The notes under the pieces: model-generated
Database searches by the model: none
Seen by the model: the letters and a program-made list of their open reading frames with translations, nothing else
What the model was told of the DNA's origin: nothing
IMG/VR virus record: IMGVR_UViG_2513237302_000002
Span: 25,485 to 89,484 of that record
DNA from: a virus
DNA: 64,000 bases
Strand: one strand, 5' to 3'
Part shown: piece after piece, positions 1-11,900 of the stretch
Numbering within the stretch: position 1 is the stretch's first letter
Layout of the letters: the number at the start of each line of letters is the position of its first letter
Made by a program: the position numbers and the translations under genes

Positions 1-387
1 GGTTAAATCGTTATCAGTTAGATTGCCGTTGTCATCTTCAAACTTGGTTACGCCACCCACCAATTTATGTTTATCTTCGTCATTAATAACGAGTGATTGG
101 CTTTTACGTGCTGTACCGCTTGAACCAGTTACAACTAGATTAGCGCCATTGCCTTGTACGTCAGTAACAAAGACAATATCTCCATTGCCAATCCAATCAT
201 GTAAATGTTCTGGCAAAATACACTTCTTTTCCGTTCCTTGAATATTAACAATGCAGTCATATCCCGCTGGGTCTTGTACAACTGTCCCAACTTCAATTTT
301 AGGAGCAGAAGCACGACTAACTTCCTGTTGCGCTACGGCGTGCATTGCATCAAGCAACTGTTTTTGTGCATCCGTTGCGTTTGACAT
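1..387 (-). CDS. Phage baseplate/tail-region hypothetical protein, truncated at the window edge
   Basis: ATG at 387 with GAGGT RBS; open frame MSNATDAQKQLLDAMHAVAQQEVSRASAPK... runs to position 1; colinear with the tail operon. Confidence 0.75.
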   Translation of the reverse strand, partial: MSNATDAQKQLLDAMHAVAQQEVSRASAPKIEVGTVVQDPAGYDCIVNIQGTEKKCILPEHLHDWIGNGDIVFVTDVQGNGANLVVTGSSGTARKSQSLVINDEDKHKLVGGVTKFEDDNGNLTDNDLT

Positions 388-399
388 TAATAACTACCT

Positions 400-1140
400 C
401 TAATCCAATACATGTACGTAATGAATACTTGGGTGAATTGGCGTATTTGTGCCAATAAAATCATAAGTACCCACCATGGTGTTACTATATGGAAACCAAT
501 TGTCGCTTGATGCTGAAATGGTGGGCTTTTGACCTGTATTGTCCTTAGTGGCAATGAAAATCATCTCCATGGGCTTCCAAGGGTCGCCTAAACGAACACT
601 AACAGCGTCCCCAGCTTTATAAGCCGTTGTACCGTTCCATTCACCTTTATATTGAGCATTTAACCCAATATCACCCTTATCACCTTTCCATGCAATCTGG
701 CGATAATGAGTATCATCTGTATCTGGTGTATGCTGACTATCTGCCACTACGTCTTTGATAACAAGCCATAGATTGCCTTGATAGTACAGTAAGTTTTGCT
801 TGGCATACTTGGCAGTAGGCGACCACGTACCAACGAAATTAAAATCGTTGACATAGGTGTCCCACTCTTTTTGCTTCTCGTTTACGTATTGCCGTACATT
901 CTTATCAAAGAACGTTTCAAGTTCCGTAATGGCGTCTTGCAACTTATTCATTGATTCTGGCGTAATCATATAGTCTTGTAATTGACTAGAAAGCGCCAAA
1001 ATACGGTTCTGTTCATCATTCGTTAGAGTTGTCTTTTTCTTTAATTGTTGCAGTTCAAGTGCATCTTGAATCCTGTCAGCTGGCAAGTCGAACAACTCAC
1101 GAAACGAATCAATCTTGTCTGGAAATGTACTTCTCGACAT
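400..1140 (-). CDS. Tail/baseplate protein with CBM5/12-like repeats
   Basis: 246 aa; AAGGAG RBS; repeats GTWSPTAKY and GEWNGTTAYKAGDAV, short GDKGDIG collagen-like motif. Confidence 0.65.
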   Translation of the reverse strand: MSRSTFPDKIDSFRELFDLPADRIQDALELQQLKKKTTLTNDEQNRILALSSQLQDYMITPESMNKLQDAITELETFFDKNVRQYVNEKQKEWDTYVNDFNFVGTWSPTAKYAKQNLLYYQGNLWLVIKDVVADSQHTPDTDDTHYRQIAWKGDKGDIGLNAQYKGEWNGTTAYKAGDAVSVRLGDPWKPMEMIFIATKDNTGQKPTISASSDNWFPYSNTMVGTYDFIGTNTPIHPSIHYVHVLD

Positions 1141-1225
1141 TGTTTATCTCCTTTTCAAGCATATATATCTAATTATACTATTTTACCTATAAATTAGTTT
1201 AACTTTTGAGCTAAATTAAAGTGAT

Positions 1226-3325
1226 TTATTCGTCATATCTAATCTTGAAACCAAGGGAAATAGTAGTTGCTTCATCATTATTAAATACGTCCTCCGCATC
1301 TAAAGCATGGTTGTAAATGTTCATCATATGACTACCGCCAATGGAACACGTGTCAGTATCGGTATTATCGTTTAGATACGTCCAAAGTGGCATCTTGTCC
1401 ATTTCGTCAATGATTTTGTTGGCAATTTCTTGTGATGAGTTGCCTAAAAATGGCAAAGCCTTATATAGGAAATCTAATCCAACGTTTTCTTGTGTTGCGA
1501 TATTTTGGAACATTTGTTGGAATCGTTCTTTTGTACCGCACAAATAGTAAATAGCTGCTGCAATAGAGTAAGAATATACATAGTCATCAGACGTCCCACC
1601 CCAATAATTAGTCAACAACTGGTTTTTAGCATGGTCAATAATCGCTTTTTTGGTTTCATCATTGCCAGCATAGCCAACCATTGACTGATAACGTTCTTTA
1701 GCACCATGCAATAATTCAGCAAATCCCTCTTTCCACCAAGTAGGGATGTCGCCAATTTTAAATGCTCCATAATAATCGTTGCATACGGCATGGAACATTT
1801 CGTGTCCTAGAATACGGTCGGCATAATCACCTTTAGACCGTCCTGTATCACCGTTTTGGTTCTTCATATCAAGTTTCTGGAAATCCGTAATATCCAATTC
1901 CAAAGTCTGATTCTTAGTCGTGTAATAAGGTGTAGTTGACGCTTGTTCGCCACCCTTTTCACCAACAATAAATCGAACCATAATCGTATTATCGCCAGAA
2001 CCACTAATACCATAACAATCCTTAGCACGCTGTTCACCAAGTGATAACCAACCAAGGTGTTCAATACCGTTTTTAAGAGCTTCTACTACTGGCATTTCTG
2101 CTTTACCGTAATCCAGTCCTACGTAGTACATCTTGTGTGCCGTAATACTCATAACACCATCAACGCCTAAATCGGTTGAAATGGTATCAATCATATAACG
2201 ATAGGTTTCTCTGGTTACTGGATTAGTAACTGTAATCAAGTCGTTTGGTTGCAATAGGTAGACTGGAACAACGGTAATATCAACCTGTTCTTGAAAGTGT
2301 GCCGTTTTCCACAATTCGTATCGTGCTTGTGCTACACATTGCAAATCATTGGTTAAATCGCTATTAGTAACAACTTTGGTACGAGTACCAATTGCATCAA
2401 CACTAAATGGATTGCTGGCATCAACAATCTTTACTTCACCTTTAGGAGTATATCCAGTCTTAACATTAGTTGAACCAATAACAACAACACGATTAGCCAC
2501 ATCTTTCAAGGTATAGCTTTCATTAAAAGATAGCGTAAGGTCTGAACGGTCGCTTGCCGTGGTATCAAATTGCCATTTTGGCTCTCGTGTTTCATCTTTC
2601 TTTTGCATTTCGATTTTGCGGTACTCAAAACGCCCTAAAACGTCATAGCCACAAATGTAATCCATATACATATCTCTGAAATCTTGGATAATGTCAGTAA
2701 TCATTGTCCCAGCTTGTTTGTCGTACTTATAAGGCATGACTTCCTCGCTGTTGCTTTCGTACATATATCCAAAATTAGTTTCACCTACAAGTTCCATAAT
2801 CATTCGCATACATTGGCTCATAGGCGTACCAATATCAATCTTAATCTCGTTCTCAAGCCCTCTATCTTCCCAAAGCGTCATTTTGTCAGATAAAGTAACT
2901 GAAATGCTCCCACTATCTTCATCATAAGTTAGGGATGAATCGTCAACCCAAAACGTCCCTAACAGGAAGTTGACGGCTTCTTTTGGGTTATTGTAAAGGT
3001 CAACAATACCTTGATATACTCTAAAACGCTTTCCGAACCAAACAACGCTTTTCTTGCTTGGCAGATACTCTGGGTCAACAATCATTCGCAATGAACCAGT
3101 GCGTCTGATTAGTGATGTTGCACTGTAATTGATAGTCCCGTCTACAACGTGTCCAGTAATAGTATCAATAATCGAACCGTCCGTATCTAATACTTGGATA
3201 GTTGTTTGCAGATTGCGGATAGGCTGCCTTAAAACACTTGCCGTTCGTCCACTAGTTGTTGCTTCCATACCAGTAACGATATTAGGCAGCGTTTGGTTAT
3301 AATTCGGTTTTCGATAAGCTAACAA
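1226..3325 (-). CDS. Baseplate hub/tail protein (DUF5048-like N-terminus) fused to a C-terminal HExxH gluzincin metallopeptidase (flagellinolysin-like)
   Basis: 699 aa; N-terminal hub-like region (LIRRTGSL, LSDKM, NRVVVIG); C-terminal YADRILGHEMFHAV...IPTWWKEGFAELLHGAKER. Confidence 0.75.
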   Translation of the reverse strand: MLAYRKPNYNQTLPNIVTGMEATTSGRTASVLRQPIRNLQTTIQVLDTDGSIIDTITGHVVDGTINYSATSLIRRTGSLRMIVDPEYLPSKKSVVWFGKRFRVYQGIVDLYNNPKEAVNFLLGTFWVDDSSLTYDEDSGSISVTLSDKMTLWEDRGLENEIKIDIGTPMSQCMRMIMELVGETNFGYMYESNSEEVMPYKYDKQAGTMITDIIQDFRDMYMDYICGYDVLGRFEYRKIEMQKKDETREPKWQFDTTASDRSDLTLSFNESYTLKDVANRVVVIGSTNVKTGYTPKGEVKIVDASNPFSVDAIGTRTKVVTNSDLTNDLQCVAQARYELWKTAHFQEQVDITVVPVYLLQPNDLITVTNPVTRETYRYMIDTISTDLGVDGVMSITAHKMYYVGLDYGKAEMPVVEALKNGIEHLGWLSLGEQRAKDCYGISGSGDNTIMVRFIVGEKGGEQASTTPYYTTKNQTLELDITDFQKLDMKNQNGDTGRSKGDYADRILGHEMFHAVCNDYYGAFKIGDIPTWWKEGFAELLHGAKERYQSMVGYAGNDETKKAIIDHAKNQLLTNYWGGTSDDYVYSYSIAAAIYYLCGTKERFQQMFQNIATQENVGLDFLYKALPFLGNSSQEIANKIIDEMDKMPLWTYLNDNTDTDTCSIGGSHMMNIYNHALDAEDVFNNDEATTISLGFKIRYDE

Positions 3326-3339
3326 AACATATCACCTCA

Positions 3340-4395
3340 CTATATCGCAACATTAACTTCATCAAATGAGTTCCGATAACGTTGGATTCTCTGTTGGATA
3401 GTGCTGTTATCCTTGCGTGCGTCATCATTGTTACGCTCTTGATTCCACTTAATATCACCGTTTTCATCATACGTGTAAACAGACTTACCAGCACTGGCAA
3501 TTAATCCGCCCTTAGTCATAGTGTTAAAGTCCATCTTACCAATTTCAACAAAATCAAATGTTACCGTTGAAATGCTATCAAGTGATTCTGACTTAGCCGT
3601 TGTCTTAACGTTCGTTGTAGCAACCACCATAATATCTCCATCTTCACGGCGCATAACTTTGGCTTGTCCATTATTCAAGAAGTTAATCACATTCTGGCGA
3701 TTAATAAACTCATCATGAGCATTAATCTCACTAGTATAGCCAAACTCTTGCTGTGGCGTTAATGGTAAGAATGTAGCCGTCCCAGTACGATATTCAGCAT
3801 TGCCAAACGTTACGATAGGGAACTGTCCATTTAGCGGAACTGACTTACTCATGTTCGTATTGTAGGTCAAATCAGAGAATTGGAAGTCAATATTCATTGA
3901 GTAATTATGTTCAAGGTCGCTAATAAACATCCCATCAAACTTACTATATACTGGCTTACCAACCAACATATCTCCCATAACCTTTTGAGCCAATGGAACA
4001 ACCGCATACTCATAGGTTTTATGATTCTCGATAAATCGGTCAATCACCGTGTAAACATTATAATTATCGTCATAATCAAATTGTGCTACTAGCTGCCAAT
4101 CACTTGATGGCGTTTGATATTCACGGCGATAACATTGAATAGTCGTTACCGTTTGACCACTACCATCAATCGACCCAGCTTCCAATGAATTGTTAAACTT
4201 AGCGTCCATAATCGTTTTAAGATTCCATTCGCTAGGTTTCGTTTGGTCATCTGGAATAGTGGTGTCAACTGATACATACATTTCGTCATACATACCAGCC
4301 CCAATGATAACCTCATCTAATTCTGCTGTTGGTAATGGCGTGTCATAGTATTGGCTATCAAAGCCATAACCGTAATAGTCCATTCCAATAATCAT
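3340..4395 (-). CDS. Tail/baseplate protein
   Basis: 351 aa; GAGGTG RBS; FN3-like YEYAVVP; downstream of the tape measure. Confidence 0.6.
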   Translation of the reverse strand: MIIGMDYYGYGFDSQYYDTPLPTAELDEVIIGAGMYDEMYVSVDTTIPDDQTKPSEWNLKTIMDAKFNNSLEAGSIDGSGQTVTTIQCYRREYQTPSSDWQLVAQFDYDDNYNVYTVIDRFIENHKTYEYAVVPLAQKVMGDMLVGKPVYSKFDGMFISDLEHNYSMNIDFQFSDLTYNTNMSKSVPLNGQFPIVTFGNAEYRTGTATFLPLTPQQEFGYTSEINAHDEFINRQNVINFLNNGQAKVMRREDGDIMVVATTNVKTTAKSESLDSISTVTFDFVEIGKMDFNTMTKGGLIASAGKSVYTYDENGDIKWNQERNNDDARKDNSTIQQRIQRYRNSFDEVNVAI

Positions 4396-4413
4396 CTTTT
4401 AATATCACCTCTA

Positions 4414-5835
4414 CTAAATAGACAACATATACTTAGAATACTTTTCCAGCTCTTTGCGCTCATCATCGGTCATATGATTGGTTGCTTGCAATTGATTAAA
4501 GAGTTGTTCTTCCGATTCCATGGTACGTTCAAGCAGCTTTTTATGGTCAATATTACGGTTCAGAACTTCCATAATGGCAAAGTCAACCTGTGATTTGAAT
4601 GTGTTAAACGCAATATTGTTATCGTCATCAATTCGCTTCTGAATTTGAGCTTGCAATTGTCGAATCTGATTAATCGTATTTTGCAATGGTGCAATTACAT
4701 CTTGCTGATGGTTTAATTCATCTTGCGACTTGTTACTATCAAGGTCATCGCCCGTAAACGTCTTATCTGGTTCAATGTGCATTTCAACTCGAAATTCAGT
4801 TGCTTTGATATATAAGTAGAACGGTCTTAATCCCAATCCATTGACAACGTTAGAACGGGTGCGATATTGAATCTGCCCGAACTTCTTTTCACACGTAATA
4901 TAGTCGTCATGCTTCACGAACTTAATATGTTGTCCCTCACCGTATTGTGGTGAAAAGTCAAACATAATACCATTTTGAACGTTCATACACCAGATTTTAG
5001 CCACCCAATCACTGGCTTTTGCCATTGCTAACTTGGTAAACATCAAAGGATTGTCTTTAGGGATGACTACATAATCGTCTTTCCAGTACGTGTAATTGTC
5101 ATCGCTATCGTCTTTACTATATGGAACATAAGCCTTGGCTGACGTACCTAATAACTGTTTAAGGAACAATTCAACCGAAATTTGTCCCTCTTTTTCATTT
5201 AATAACGGATGCAGAATACCAGAAACACTAGGAGCTATATATTGTGCCGTGAACTGTTGTTGCTGTTCAAAATGAATATCATGTTCTGTAATGATACGCA
5301 AGCCAATGTAATATAGCTTACCCTTTTCCAAGTCACTAACTCTTTCTGAGAATCTAGTTGGCGAATCTGGATTAGGTACTCTGACTGGATAACTTTGCAA
5401 AGTAACATGGCGCTGGTCATACAAAATAAACTGGTAATTCTTGACTGGTTCATTTTCAGTCTGCATATACAACGCTGACATTAAAACGTCATTGGTATAA
5501 ACGAATTCTTTCTGGTCAATCGTGTCAAAAATGATTTTTGGTGTCGTATAACACGTAAATTTGATTTCTGGCGACCATTCTGAAAATCCGTTGTCTAGGA
5601 TTACCCTAATTTTTGCGAGATAAGCGACCCCGTTTTTTAGCGTTTTGCTTGGTAAAATGTGGTTTTTATCTAGCGAAGTCTGTACCTTATCATACACGGG
5701 TTGTGAGTTGGTTTTATCCTCACGAATCGACAACTCGTTCTTGGTGGTTAGTTCTGCGCCCAGATACGTGAAAGTAAATGTATACTCATCATTAGCATCA
5801 TAATTAGGCGCTTGATTTAAGATTGGTTGTGTCAA
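4414..5835 (-). CDS. Tail/baseplate protein with FN3/Ig-like N-terminus
   Basis: 473 aa; AAAGGGG RBS; LKNGVAYLAKIRV...SEWS motif; immediately after the tape measure. Confidence 0.6.
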   Translation of the reverse strand: MTQPILNQAPNYDANDEYTFTFTYLGAELTTKNELSIREDKTNSQPVYDKVQTSLDKNHILPSKTLKNGVAYLAKIRVILDNGFSEWSPEIKFTCYTTPKIIFDTIDQKEFVYTNDVLMSALYMQTENEPVKNYQFILYDQRHVTLQSYPVRVPNPDSPTRFSERVSDLEKGKLYYIGLRIITEHDIHFEQQQQFTAQYIAPSVSGILHPLLNEKEGQISVELFLKQLLGTSAKAYVPYSKDDSDDNYTYWKDDYVVIPKDNPLMFTKLAMAKASDWVAKIWCMNVQNGIMFDFSPQYGEGQHIKFVKHDDYITCEKKFGQIQYRTRSNVVNGLGLRPFYLYIKATEFRVEMHIEPDKTFTGDDLDSNKSQDELNHQQDVIAPLQNTINQIRQLQAQIQKRIDDDNNIAFNTFKSQVDFAIMEVLNRNIDHKKLLERTMESEEQLFNQLQATNHMTDDERKELEKYSKYMLSI

Positions 5836-5911
5836 TTCAATGCCCCTTTCTTATAAATTTAGTAATAATAGCCGATAGGGACTTTGACACCCCTACCAGT
5901 TCAATCAGCAG

Positions 5912-8900
5912 CTACTTAGTCGTTACATATTGACGTGCAACTTGTGGTAACGTTTTAAGCGCTTCTGCAAAGTCTTGAGCGTTAGATACATTAGGCAGTT
6001 CAAGGTTCAGATGTTGAATTACCATTGACCCAGCGCCCTTGTTATTGTTTGCCAAGATGTTATTAGGCATCTTGAGCGCATCACGTATTTCCTTACCAAA
6101 GATTTCTCCAAGGTCTGCTGATACAGCTTTAAACTGTTCGGCAAACTCTTTCATCATCGTTTGATAATCTGCACTGCTACCGATTGTAGAATCCTTTTTG
6201 TAGTCATCAAGGATTTGTTTGTTCTTGCTTTCGTATTCATTGAAAGCCTTGAGAATATCGTCAGTTGTTGAGGCTCTGAACGTTGGAATCTCTTGCAAGA
6301 TAAACTTGTATGAGTTGTTCAGTTGTTCAAGCTCTGACTTGGCTTCTTCTTGCGTTAAATTACCACTCTTGATATTGTCCACAACTTCTTCTACCTTTTG
6401 GATATAGTCATTGCGGTTACTAATCTTGGCTTCTTCTAACGCTTGTTTTGCTTGGTTGACGTCTTGACGTGCAGCATCGACATCATCTTGGTTAGCCGTG
6501 TAAACCCATTGAAATTTGCCGTTTTCGTCCTTTTCAAGGTGGCGAACATCACGCTTGTTTTCCGTGTTCTTCAACTTTTGTTCAGCTAAAGCTAAATCAA
6601 GTTGTTTGTCCACATAATCAGCTTGTGCCTTAGATAAGGTCTTTTCCTGTTCAAGAGCTTGCAGCTTCTTCTCAACGGTCTTATCTTCCAATTCGACAAT
6701 CTTTAACCGCATTTCTTCCAGTTTCAACTCTTTTTGAGCTGGATTGTACCAAATATCTTGGGTAAATTTAGCTTGGTCAGCCGTCATTCCATCATTAACA
6801 GTCTTTTCAAACTCTTTCTGAATAGCCCGTAAGCTCTGTTCAAATTGGTTCTTGTTAATGTCCATGAGAGAAGTAACCATGCTGTTAAGGCTATCTGAGT
6901 ATTCCTTGACCATAGTATCAAGTTGGTTGTACTCATATGAGCCTTGGTCGTACTTCTTCATTTCTTCACGCAATTTAGTAATTACGTTTAGATAGTTGAC
7001 GTACTCTGCATAGGTAGCCTTAAATTGCCCACCGATTAAGGTTGCCTGTGATTTGCCATCAAGATTAAGTGCATCAGCAATCGTTACAACATTAGCCATC
7101 TTATCGGAGAACCGCTTGTAAGCGTCCATCTGCTTGTCAATCAACGTCTTTTCATAATCAAAGCGTTGCTTGATAGCGTCCTTAATGTTGTTTTGAGCGT
7201 CAATCATGCTCTTTTCGTATTCGGTAATTTGACTATTAATAGTGTTGAGCTGTTCAGTAGTCATTTCTGGATTGGCAGCCTGTTTCTTCAAATCCTCAAT
7301 GGCTTTCTTATCAGCGTCAATCATGCCCTTGTAGACCTTTTCTTGCATTGCAAGCTGAGCATAAACCATCTCATTATTAATAGCTTCTTGTTCCTCATAC
7401 GTCTTGGCTTTAGCCATTTCATCGTTGTACTTGGCTTTCAAAGCAACCATATCTTGCTGGTATTGCTTAGATACTTTGATGTACTCAAGGTTGCTATCAC
7501 TCGTATTAGGTACGGTAATCTGGTCGGAATTCAGATTGGTGTTGTAGTCAATTTTAGGTGCTTGACCATTACCAACAAAGCCTTGTACATACTTGTTGTG
7601 CATTTCTGCTAAGTCTGCGTACTTTTGGCTTTCAATCTGCAATTGAGCATTAGCAACTTGTCCCGTACGGTCGATATTCTTACGTGCAAATTGGTCAAGT
7701 GCCGTATCAAGTGCCCGTTCCAATTCAATCTTGCGGTCTACCGTCTTTTCGTAGGCTGACTTCTGCGTTAAGTTGACGGTATCAAACTCGCTACTTAACA
7801 GGTCGGTGTAGTTAGTTCCACTAATCAAACCATCTTGCAAGTTGGTAACGTTGTTCTTCAAACGGTCAATGCTATCGTTCAAGTTATCAGTGTACTTAGA
7901 CAAGTTGTCAATGATTGATTGAATCTGCGTATCACGCATGGATTTCTTCAATTCATCAATAGCATCTAAGTTTTCCATAATGGAATCACGAATTGACGTC
8001 AAGCTGTCATACAAGTTCTTGGCATTGTCATTTTCTTTGGTGCTAAAGTTGGCAATACTCATCTTGTTAAATTCAGCCAGCAATTGACGCACGGCACTCA
8101 TATCACCGTAAACTTGGTCTGCGCTGTTTTGAAGTTTCATCTTGTAGTCAGCATCACTCAATGAGTTACCTTGACGTTCAAGAATGTTCTTGTTGTTGTT
8201 AATTGCAGTCGTAACCATTTCAAGGGAACGTTGCAACTTTTCAACCATCTTCTGTTCAGCAGTGTTACGATAATCGTTTTGGTTCTTACTCTGTTGCCAA
8301 ATATCAGTTTGCAATTCATCAATCTTCTTGGTGGCTTCTGAGAAGTTTTGATATGCGCTTTGGTATTTGCCTAACAGGTCGTCTACCTTACTTGCGTTGT
8401 CGCCATGAATATCCTTAGCATGGTTAAGGTTAGTAATCTGGTTGCCATTGTTAGTGAAACCGTATTGGTGCAATTGGTTAATCATATCAGTAATCTGTTG
8501 CTGATATGCGCCTTGCATCGTCTTTTGATATGCAATCTGTTTATTGTCATTATCAATCCGTTGTTTGGAGATATTGATTAACTTTTGCATATCATCATCA
8601 GCGGTTGTAACAGCGTTTTCCAACTTACTTACTTGCTCGTCAAGTGGCAATCCCGTGTACAATTCATTACCCATGTAGCGCCAGTAATCTTCATTTACGT
8701 TATCCGTAGAATCGGAGTAACTGGTTAATGATTTACCGTTCATTGCCGAAACGTCATCAGCCCCAACGGTAGGAGCGTTATCACCAGTAGCAACCGAGGC
8801 AGAAGTTAATGGTGAACCGCCAACTGGTAATGATGGAGCAATTGCAACCGACTTGCCTTTCTTGACGTGTCTTTCAGTGATTGTATGCGTTTCGTTCTTA

Positions 8901-11900
8901 GTAACATTGATACTTACACTCTTGCTTGATGGTAAAGCATTGATAGCAGCCTGTAACGACCGAACTTCACCTAAGCCAGACACTTTAGCGCTAACGGTAA
9001 CGTGCTTACTATGAACGGCATTAATCGCATGAGTTAATGCTCTAACCTGACCAGTACCAGATACATTAGCCTTAACTGGAACGTGTTTGCCCTTAACACG
9101 TCTAATAGCATTAGCTAATGATTTAACTTGACCAGTACCACTTGCACTAGCAGATACCTTTACTTTTCTCCCTTTAATACCTTTAATAGCAGATTTAAGG
9201 GATGTAATCTTGCCTTTACCAGATACGGTAGCCGTAACTTTAACTTTATGATTGCCTTTACCGATAGATTTAACTGACTTTTCAAGGCTCTTAATCTTAG
9301 ACTTTGCGCCGTCTACATTGGCAGTAACCTTAATTTTATGGTTGCCCTTGCCAATACTCTTAACCGACTTTTCCAAAGACTTAATCTTAGATGTTGCACC
9401 TTTGGTATCGGCTGTAACCTTGATTTTGTTCGTACCTTTTCCAAGGGACTTCATTTGACTTTGCAGTTTCTTAATAGCGTTAGATTGGCTCTTAGTGCTA
9501 TCGCTACTCTTACTCTTGCTCTTGCTAGTTCCTTGCGTTGCGCCCTTTGCTTTTGCCCTAGCTTCTTCTTTACCCTGTTTTTGAGCATCTCGGATAGCTT
9601 TATTGGATTCACGTTTTTCTTTAGCTTTAGTAGTGTTAGTAACACTATCTCTACCTTTTTGACGTGCCTTTTCTTCGTCTTTACCAGCACGTTCAGCAGC
9701 TTTCTTCTCAGAAGCAGTCAATGGCTTAGTAGTCATTTTCTGACGATTCGTTGTGTTAGGCGTACGTTTGTATTTCTTGCCCTCGTTATCGAGTTTACGT
9801 TGAGCAGATTTAGTTAATTGGTTTCGCTTTGATAAGTCTTTAGCAAGCTGTTGTGCCTGTTGACGGCTTAATTGCTTTTGCAGGTTTTGCAGTTGCCTGC
9901 TATTAACTTTCTTGTTGCCTAAATTCTTCTCAATTTGACGTGCGTTTCTAGCTCTAGTATCAGCTTGGGCAGTAGTTTCAACTTTACCTCTAGCGCCCTT
10001 GAATATCTTGCCAAAGAAGCCACCAACACTCTTAGTAACACCTTTGAGAGCTTTCCCAGCATTCTTAGGCACATTCTTAATCCCTTTAATAGCATTGCCC
10101 CAACTCTTAAACTGCTTAGCTTGAATTTTAGCGGCTTGTGAGTTAGCCAACTTACTCCAAACGTTGTTCTTACGGCTATTAGAACCGCTGCTATGACTAT
10201 TGGAATTGTTGTTGCTATTATTGTTATGGTTATTATTGTGATTGTTGTTATTATGGCTATTGGAATTGTTATTGTGGTTGCCGTTACCACCTTTGCCTCC
10301 GCCTTTTCCGTCACCTTTACCGTCTTTGCCTTTACCGTCATCTTTACCGTTAAAGGCATTCTTGCCAAGACCTTTGATTAAGGCGGCGATGTCCTTATCC
10401 TTAAATCCTTGGCTCTTTAAATCGTCTTTAAAGGCTTTCTTGCTACCGTCTAAGTGAGCCAAGGATTTAGCAGCACTCATCATTTCCTTGCTTGAAGCCT
10501 TAAAACCAGAATTCTTTAAGAATTTAGCATATTCGGCAGCATTTGCCTTGTTTTGAGTACGCCATGACTTATCTTGCAAGTTAGCAAGTAATCCTAATGG
10601 GTCATTAGAGCCTTTCAAGCCTTTCATTGACGTTAAGAACTTGCCAAGATTGATATTACCGTTCTTATCAACTAAACCAGCTTTACGACTAAATTTAGTG
10701 GTCTTTTTGTCTTGAGTAAGTAAATCGTCAAGGCGAGCAACCATGCCAGTATTAACAGTACCGTCATCCATCGTCATTGCTTGTGCGGTGGCAGTTTGCG
10801 AACCATCTTTACGTTTTGACCTCTCAAGTGTCTTAGTTTGCTTGACCATGTTTGAGTACCAATGCTGACCATGCTTATCATAAATCGATTGATAATCAGC
10901 ATCTACACCAAGTAATTGAGCCGATGCACCACGGCTACCCATGACTTGCAGATAACCAGAACCAGTACCATCTAACTGTTTCAATTTCTTATTGATTTGA
11001 CTATCAGACATACCTTTCGACTTCATTACATCACGTAATGTACCCTGTTGTTTTGACAGATTCTTATCAAGTCTGCCTTTCATCTTGTCAAAAATTTCTT
11101 TTTGGTAAGGCTTCCATTGAGTAGTATCTCTGCTAATACCCTCTAAGCCTTTATTCATCTTGATAAGGGCTTGTTGTTGGGTTCTGGTCAGTTTACCATT
11201 ATGAGCAAGAACATCATTAGCTTGCTTATATAGCATACTTTGACGTGCAGCTTCTTGCGCATTAACAGTTTGCGCTTGTTGTACTTTTCGTAATTGTGAG
11301 TTTGACATAGTAGCAAAATCACTCTTACCGAAAACTCCAGCCTTTAAAGCGCCCTCTAGTTTGCCGTATTGACCACGTACTTTAGCACTGTAATCATCAT
11401 AATTAGCTGCCCACTCTTGATAAGCATCTGTGTTTTCTAATGCACGATGCGTAGAATATCGGTTGCGTAAATCTTTTTGAGCCTGTTCACGTTGTTTCTT
11501 AGTTCCATAACTTCTGTTAAATGAGTAACGTGCATTTTGGTTCTGTTGTCGCTCCAACTTCTTTCTAGCATTCTGGTAGGCTTTACTTGAATCAACTAGT
11601 TTACCTTGAAGTGATTTACTCCAATTTAGCTTAGAACCAATACGTTCTTCTTTGTTGAGAGTATTTAAACCACTACGCAATTGACGTAATGACGTAATAT
11701 CACTACCATTTCTCATTGCGTTTAATTGGTCTTTTAACACTTCAACGTTGTTAGAATGTGCCCGAACAGATAATCCATTTGCCTTAGCCGTTGCATTAAA
11801 GTCAGCCTTAAACTTATTCCAATCGCCTTTAGATAACTGATTGCCATTTTTAGCAGCCTCATTCAATTCCTTGTTCAAAGACTTAATATCTTTGGTAGTT

